Shown here piece by piece: positions 53,461 through 58,689 of a DNA stretch of 58,689 nucleotides (positions are counted from its first letter, which is position 1; every line of letters begins with the position of its first letter). The notes beneath the pieces were generated by a model, which saw nothing but the letters and a program-made list of their open reading frames with translations, ran no database searches and had not been told where the DNA came from. The position numbers and the translations under genes are program-made. This DNA is from Bdellovibrionota bacterium FG-2. GTDB lineage: Bacteria; Bdellovibrionota; UBA1018. The stretch is taken from positions 1 through 58,689 of the forward strand of contig JBBCAV010000151.1 in NCBI GenBank assembly GCA_051382305.1, given 5' to 3'.

Positions 53461-56451
53461 CTAAGCGAGAAGCGCCAACAGATCTTCGCGTTTCAAAGCG
53501 TCTCCCGTTTCCTCAAGGAGATTTTGCGCAAGCTGTCTCTTTTCGGACTGGAGTACCAGCACCCGTTCTTCAATCGTGTTTGCGGCAATGAGGCGGTAAA
53601 TCATCACGGGTTTAGTTTGTCCGATGCGGTGGGCGCGATCGGCGGCTTGGGCTTCGGTGGCGGGATTCCACCAGGGGTCTAGCAAGAACACGTAGTCGGC
53701 CGCCGTTAAGTTAAGGCCTACTCCTCCGGCTTTGAGCGAGAGCAAGAACACGGGCGGACCCTGCGGATCTTGAAACTGTGAAATCACTTCACTGCGATTG
53801 GACGTGGTCCCATCAAGCCGCACAAATCCCAATCCCGCCTGTCGGAGATGTGGCTCCACTAAATCTAAGAACGAGGTCCATTGAGAAAAGACGAGGCAGC
53901 GATGGCCCATCGACGTGACTTCTGAAAGTTGCTCAAGCAGCAGTTCGATTTTGGAAGAAGGAGCCGCGGGGTGTTCAGTCTCTCCGGTCACAAGCGAGGA
54001 ATGGCAGCAAGCCTGGCGGAGTCTTAACAGCGCGGTTAAAAGATTCATGACACTGATTTGTGAATCAGAGTCGCCGCCGTCCTCCGTTAGTTTATCAAGA
54101 ATCTCCTTGCGAGTGGCCGCTAGAATCGAATTATAAGATTCGCGCTCGGATTCGGAGAGCTCGCATACGAGCGTGGCTTCTGTTCGAGGAGGAAGCTCGG
54201 CGGCGACGTCTTGTTTGAGTCGCCTCAAGATGAAGGGGCGGATTTTCCGGCGAACGAGTTCGCTATTTGGAAACTCGCTTTTTTCACCTAAAAGCCCGGG
54301 GTGCGTGAAATTAAATATGCTCCACAGATCTTGCACTCGGTTTTCAATCGGCGTACCGCTGAGCGCGACACGAAACCCTGCCTTAAGCTGGAACGCAGCC
54401 TGCGCCATTTGGCTGTCAGCGTTTCGAATCATTTGCGCTTCATCCAGTACGACCGTATCCCAGGTGTGAGAGGTGAGGGCCGCAAGATCCAGGCGTAAGA
54501 CGCCATAAGTGGTGAGTACGACGTCAGAGCTTTGGAACGCACTCACGTCGCGTTTGCTCCCATGATAGATACTGACGCGAAGACCGGGGCGAAAGGCGGT
54601 GAGTTGGTCCATCCAGCTTTTCAAGACGCTGGTGGGGCAGACGACGAGCGTCCGCGCGGAGCGCGAGACGGAGCACGAGGTGGCCGCCTGCGAGAAAGTC
54701 GCCATCACTTGCAAAGTTTTCCCCAAACCCATGTCGTCGGCCAGCAGCGCGCCCATCCCGCACTGTTTAAGGAAAGAGAGCCAGCGAAAACCTTCCCTCT
54801 GATAACTTCGCATATCCACAGCAGCCGTGAGATCTGCGGGCAAAGCCGTCTCAGGTAACTGACCTAAATCCTGCCATAAAGCGCGTAACCGGGCGAGCGA
54901 GGCGGGGAACTCGGCGCCCGCCGTTTGGCCGCAGTCTTCAAAAAGGCGTCCCAGCTCAGGCATAAAATGAGGAGCCAACGATCCCGAACTTTCGGCTTGT
55001 TTTGCCAACAAGTGCAGCGCGCGCTTGGCATAGCGCTCCAGCCAATCCCGAGGCAAAGTGGCCCAACCGCCGCCTAAGAGCGGAACAACGTTTTCGCCTT
55101 GTTTCCATGCTTCAAAAACATGTTTTGCATCGGCCACGGCTGCAGCCACGGTAGGAAGCCCGAATCGAAGATCAAGGTGATTGTTTTCGAAACTCAGCGA
55201 AGGCCGCAGAACTCCCTGGGGAATAAACGCTTGAGATTCCCCTGAAGTGGTCCGGTGATCGGCATTGTAAGCTGCGAGAGTCGAAGCCATCCGCACGGCT
55301 TCGATTCCTTGATAAGTGGTTCGTTGGTCGAGCGTCAGAAAAAGTTCGTGTCGCAAGTCTTGAAGTAATTCGCGCTCTTTTACGAGATCGCGCTTGGGCA
55401 GGCGGTTGGTCGTGCGCCCCAGAGGGAGGACCACGAGCCTGCCTCCCCGGATTTCCGCAAGGGGAGGGGCACCATAGTAGAGGTGTGGAAAAACTTCGAG
55501 ATTTCCTTGGGAGTCTTTTTGCATCTCGATTTCGATGCGTGGGAAAATGTCCTCAAGTACGGGCAGGCGTGTGCTTTTAATATCGACGCGCGCGCGGGTG
55601 TGAAGCTCTGGCAAAATCTGCGTGAGAAGCTCAAGCGCTTGGTCCCCCGAGAAGAACAGCCCAGGCGAGAGGAGTCGCTGTTTTTGTGCGGGCTCAAGTT
55701 TGGGCTCGTTCAAGGCTCTGAGTACGCCCGCGTTTAGGATCATCTCGTTAGAAAAACGAACGCCTTCGGGGTAGCGCAAGCAAAGTCTAAAGCCCGAAGC
55801 CTGGTCTGTAAGCTCGATCACGGGCGAGACGGGTGTAGCGGCGACGCTAATTCTTTCGCCGTCCAGTGTGATGTCGGGGCAGTCTTCGAGGGATGCCAAA
55901 AGGGTGGGGCCACTTTTTGGCGACGAATCAATCGCAAGGTCCACCGAAGTTGCGGCGATGGGGGGCTTAGGAATTCGTCCCGAGGTGATCCCTCCAATGA
56001 GGGATACGAGCGACTGATCGGGGGTCAGCAGAATTTCAGTTTCTCCCCAGACCACGAAGCGCGCAAAAGTGAGGGCCTGGCCTTGGGTTTTAAACCGATA
56101 ACTGAGGGTGCCTAGTCCTTTGTGGCTAGGCGAGGGGGCAGATATTTGGGCTTCGGGCGCGGTTTTGAGCCAAACGACGACCGCCGCCACGTGTACGCAG
56201 GGGTCATTGCGATCGCCGCAATCGCAGTACCAGTCTTCGTCCTCGATCCAGAGCGTGACTCGGGGGCTGACGGGGCGGTTTTGCACGCGAATTTTGAAGT
56301 TAATTTCGCTGGTTTTAGCGCCTGGGGCGGTTTTTTGGTGTTCTGGAAGGATTGCATTCTCGCGCGCGAGTGACACGCCTCTGGACCAGATGGCAGGGAG
56401 GGTGGCTTTTTGGACGGCCTGGTAAAAGGTTAAAAAGGCTTGGGAATCCAT
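53461..56451 (-). CDS. SWIM zinc finger-SNF2 family helicase
   Basis: CDC...CVH SWIM; LADDMGLGKT, VCPTS, LDEAQ, SGTPIEN, LVFSQW, SLKAGGVGLNLT, DRAHRIGQ. Confidence 0.95.
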   Translation of the reverse strand: MDSQAFLTFYQAVQKATLPAIWSRGVSLARENAILPEHQKTAPGAKTSEINFKIRVQNRPVSPRVTLWIEDEDWYCDCGDRNDPCVHVAAVVVWLKTAPEAQISAPSPSHKGLGTLSYRFKTQGQALTFARFVVWGETEILLTPDQSLVSLIGGITSGRIPKPPIAATSVDLAIDSSPKSGPTLLASLEDCPDITLDGERISVAATPVSPVIELTDQASGFRLCLRYPEGVRFSNEMILNAGVLRALNEPKLEPAQKQRLLSPGLFFSGDQALELLTQILPELHTRARVDIKSTRLPVLEDIFPRIEIEMQKDSQGNLEVFPHLYYGAPPLAEIRGGRLVVLPLGRTTNRLPKRDLVKERELLQDLRHELFLTLDQRTTYQGIEAVRMASTLAAYNADHRTTSGESQAFIPQGVLRPSLSFENNHLDLRFGLPTVAAAVADAKHVFEAWKQGENVVPLLGGGWATLPRDWLERYAKRALHLLAKQAESSGSLAPHFMPELGRLFEDCGQTAGAEFPASLARLRALWQDLGQLPETALPADLTAAVDMRSYQREGFRWLSFLKQCGMGALLADDMGLGKTLQVMATFSQAATSCSVSRSARTLVVCPTSVLKSWMDQLTAFRPGLRVSIYHGSKRDVSAFQSSDVVLTTYGVLRLDLAALTSHTWDTVVLDEAQMIRNADSQMAQAAFQLKAGFRVALSGTPIENRVQDLWSIFNFTHPGLLGEKSEFPNSELVRRKIRPFILRRLKQDVAAELPPRTEATLVCELSESERESYNSILAATRKEILDKLTEDGGDSDSQISVMNLLTALLRLRQACCHSSLVTGETEHPAAPSSKIELLLEQLSEVTSMGHRCLVFSQWTSFLDLVEPHLRQAGLGFVRLDGTTSNRSEVISQFQDPQGPPVFLLSLKAGGVGLNLTAADYVFLLDPWWNPATEAQAADRAHRIGQTKPVMIYRLIAANTIEERVLVLQSEKRQLAQNLLEETGDALKREDLLALLA

Positions 56452-56536
56452 TCCTCTCTATTCAATCCGATTCTGGGGTTGATCCGCAATGAATTTGAGG
56501 GTAAGAAAAGTCCTCGACCTCAAATTGTTTCCACAT

Positions 56537-56613
56537 GGCTCGGTAGCTCAGATGGTTAGAGCGCGGCATTCATAACGCCGAGGTCGGCGGTTCGATCCCG
56601 CCCCGAGCCACCA
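56537..56613 (+). tRNA. tRNA with CAT anticodon, probably elongator tRNA-Met
   Basis: GGCTCGG/CCGAGCC acceptor stem, GCTC/GAGC D-stem, TTCATAA loop, GGCGG-TTCGATC-CCGCC T arm, encoded CCA; paired 1-72 excludes initiator; U4-A69 favours Met over Ile2. Confidence 0.93.
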
Positions 56614-57666
56614 TTTTCTTCAACCCAATCAACATCAAAAAGCTCTTGCAGCGATAATGGATCCGAGCAGTAAGGTCTAAAAATGAGGTAGTCGCTTTTG
56701 CACCCCGGCTGTCGCTCTAATTTGAACCAGGGGTTTTTGGGATTAAACTCGCGCGCGATGGCTTCGGTCTGCTCTGGCGCCAGTTTCTCGCGAACTTTAG
56801 TTTCCCAGCCACTACCCCAATCATACTCCGGTTGGGTCGCGCGGCTCCATGCAATCCATGCCTCGTTCATGCCGGCTTGTACCATATCGCTTACGGCAGA
56901 GATTCGAGCCCCACTGTAATCTATGTTTGGATATCCAACGAATGTAGCGGCATCTGCGGTTTTTTGTGCTTCGTTTTCTTTCAGCGGAACCTGAGTTCCC
57001 CAGTAGTCCGGAGAATTCACCATGGCCCGTTTCAATGTCAATCGGGCGAGCCCGATACCCGAAATAAAATCTTTGCGAATCACCACACCGTGTGTGATCC
57101 CAAATTCAAGTACTCTGGAATGAGTCCCTGTCATCACCGACTCGGCGAGGGATTCGACGAATATTTCATCGCGACTCGCATCTGGCGGCACCAAATGATG
57201 GATGATTTCGTGAGTGAGAAGCTTTGCCAACTCCTCAGACGTGTACCGAATGACTCGTTCTGAAAAATAGATGGGTGCGCCCATTTCAATTTGCGTCATC
57301 GCACCAAGGGAAACAAAACTGTGAATGTCTTGTGGATAGGCGTACCCATTGGGGCCCGCACCTGGACCTAAGATGGTGATCATGGGGAGATAAAGCAATT
57401 TGCCGTCATTCCTTAGTGCAGTTAAATCGGCTATGAATTTCTCTTTAAAAGAAGCGGGGTACTGACTGCTCTCAATTATGATCTCCTCCAATCGTTCTGA
57501 GTTTCGCAACCCCTGCCTTAAATAGAGCCTTGAAAGAAGGCGGCAGTGGTGTCACCACCGTCGGAGATGGGTTGGAGTCTTCTGCCTTTACTGTTGCCGA
57601 TAGGACAAAGAAAAATGCCACACCTAGGAGATTTGCAAAAGTCGCGGAGTATCTAATTAGCTTCAT
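56556..57666 (-). pseudogene. Exported HExxH-containing protein, frameshifted within about 57472-57553, running into the tRNA antisense
   Basis: 57472-57666 encodes a signal peptide with SD GAGG; the +1 frame continues 317 aa with LTHEIIHH. Confidence 0.6.
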
Positions 57667-57737
57667 TGGATCACCTCATGCTCAGGTCAGACGGAAATGC
57701 CTTTAACGCGATGCGTCATTTTTTGGCAATTAGAAAC

Positions 57738-58217
57738 CTAGTCTAGTTCACTGATTTGGCAGAATACTTTGTGACCATTGATCGGCTCCAGCGCTCGCAA
57801 ACAGTATGTGCAGCTCGTTGTAGCCCGTTTGATAATTGAATATTCAGAAGCCCCGGTTTTCTTGCCTAGAATTTCTGTGACGGATGTCTCGTAAATTCGG
57901 GGTCCGGTGTAGCCTATTGGAGAAGGGCCCAGGCAAGAGTTGTCATCAGTGACAATTTGTTTATCAGTAAGCGCAGGATTGCCAAAAACCACGTCGTAAC
58001 CTGCTAGTTCACTTTTAAGGGCTTTCATGCCTTTTCCATCGCCATAATGAATTTGAGCGTTAGAGTTAGGGGCAAGTGTAGAGACAAATACGGTCACGTT
58101 GTTCCCTTGGATTGCAGCATAAGCACTAGCAAGAACCGCAGCTGGAGAGCTGAAATCTCTGCAGCCCGAAAGAGCAACAAGGGCCAAACACAAAACCACG
58201 TGAGTAATCTTTTTCAT
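57738..58217 (-). CDS. Putative lipoprotein
   Basis: MKK, hydrophobic stretch and lipobox LSGC; SD GGAAGG. Confidence 0.8.
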   Translation of the reverse strand: MKKITHVVLCLALVALSGCRDFSSPAAVLASAYAAIQGNNVTVFVSTLAPNSNAQIHYGDGKGMKALKSELAGYDVVFGNPALTDKQIVTDDNSCLGPSPIGYTGPRIYETSVTEILGKKTGASEYSIIKRATTSCTYCLRALEPINGHKVFCQISELD

Positions 58218-58360
58218 AAAAAAACCTTCCAGCCGACTAAGGCAAAATCCGCATTATTGCGGTGAGTCGGTAAGTATCTGATTAAGGGCGTCATAAATAG
58301 AAGAGTTTCATGAAAAAAGTGGCTATAAGTTTATTTTTTATGAATATAAGTCGATAAGAG

Positions 58361-58689
58361 ATGATTAGGACCTTAGCGCCGGTAACATAATAACCTTTGA
58401 GTTTACGCAGGCATAGAGCAAGCGATCGAAGGATTCGTAGGGCCAAGTGCGTCGGTTAAACCGGTAGGTGAACTCGGCCAGGTATGCCCTGCGGTATTTA
58501 GGATAAACGCCATGGTAGGTCGACAAACGAAAGCGTTTCAAATTTGAGGTTAAGGTATTCATCCACCTGAGATGCTCATGCGCCAGGTCGGGATTTTTCT
58601 GAGCAACAACTTGTTCAACTGTATAACCGGCATCGGCGGTTTTCGTGTAGACTCCTGCACCGTCAGCCTTGATGGTGCTGCCATGCTCG
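58361..58689 (-). mobile_element. IS1595-family transposase 3' part and probable right end (cut by window edge)
   Basis: Frame open from the window end: GSTIKADG...HLRWMNTLTSNLKR..STYHGV..KY..AYLAEFTYRFNRR; stop at 58365. Confidence 0.88.

Noticed and set aside
58233-58270. Possible c-di-GMP-I riboswitch (GGCAAA seen)
   Set aside because: No GNRA-capped P2 or GCAAA/P3 elements, and the motif is on the wrong strand for the adjacent gene; kept only as a generic hairpin
1-58689. CRISPR array, rRNA, prophage or integrase genes
   Set aside because: No repeat-spacer periodicity, rRNA signature, phage structural gene or recombinase motif was seen; the Fe-S PD-(D/E)XK domains belong to AddAB-like proteins, not Cas4

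Overview
Densely coding bacterial chromosomal window. Gene content (a Glt/Agl gliding machinery, flbD-motAB, AddAB-type repair genes and many large secreted orphans) points by inference to Bdellovibrionota/Oligoflexia or a related deltaproteobacterial-type lineage. Left to right: 2-oxoacid dehydrogenase E1 alpha (partial) and beta; a large Cys-rich secreted orphan; dapF; a DUF1778/GNAT toxin-antitoxin pair; a purine operon (purF, long purC, fused purD-purN, purL, purQ, purH, purM); addB/addA-like genes; a gliding operon (OM barrel, gltC, apparent gltD-gltE fusion, gltF, gltG) convergent with aglRQS plus a DedA/YqaA gene; trxA, gmhA, RDD, polA; a minus-strand run with nrdR, nusB and orphans; flbD-motA-motB; two paralogous CsgG/FlgT-like exported proteins, the second fused through an in-frame G16 tract to a subtilase domain with altered catalytic residues; an AAA/DUF4143 ATPase; an SGNH hydrolase; a split zincin-like gene; a SWIM-SNF2 helicase; tRNA-Met(CAT); and a tRNA-adjacent variable segment ending in a partial IS1595 transposase. 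Best candidate for an undescribed system: the CsgG/FlgT-like pair with a possibly phase-variable pseudo-subtilase next to motAB. All family calls come from motif recognition by eye; no database searches were run.
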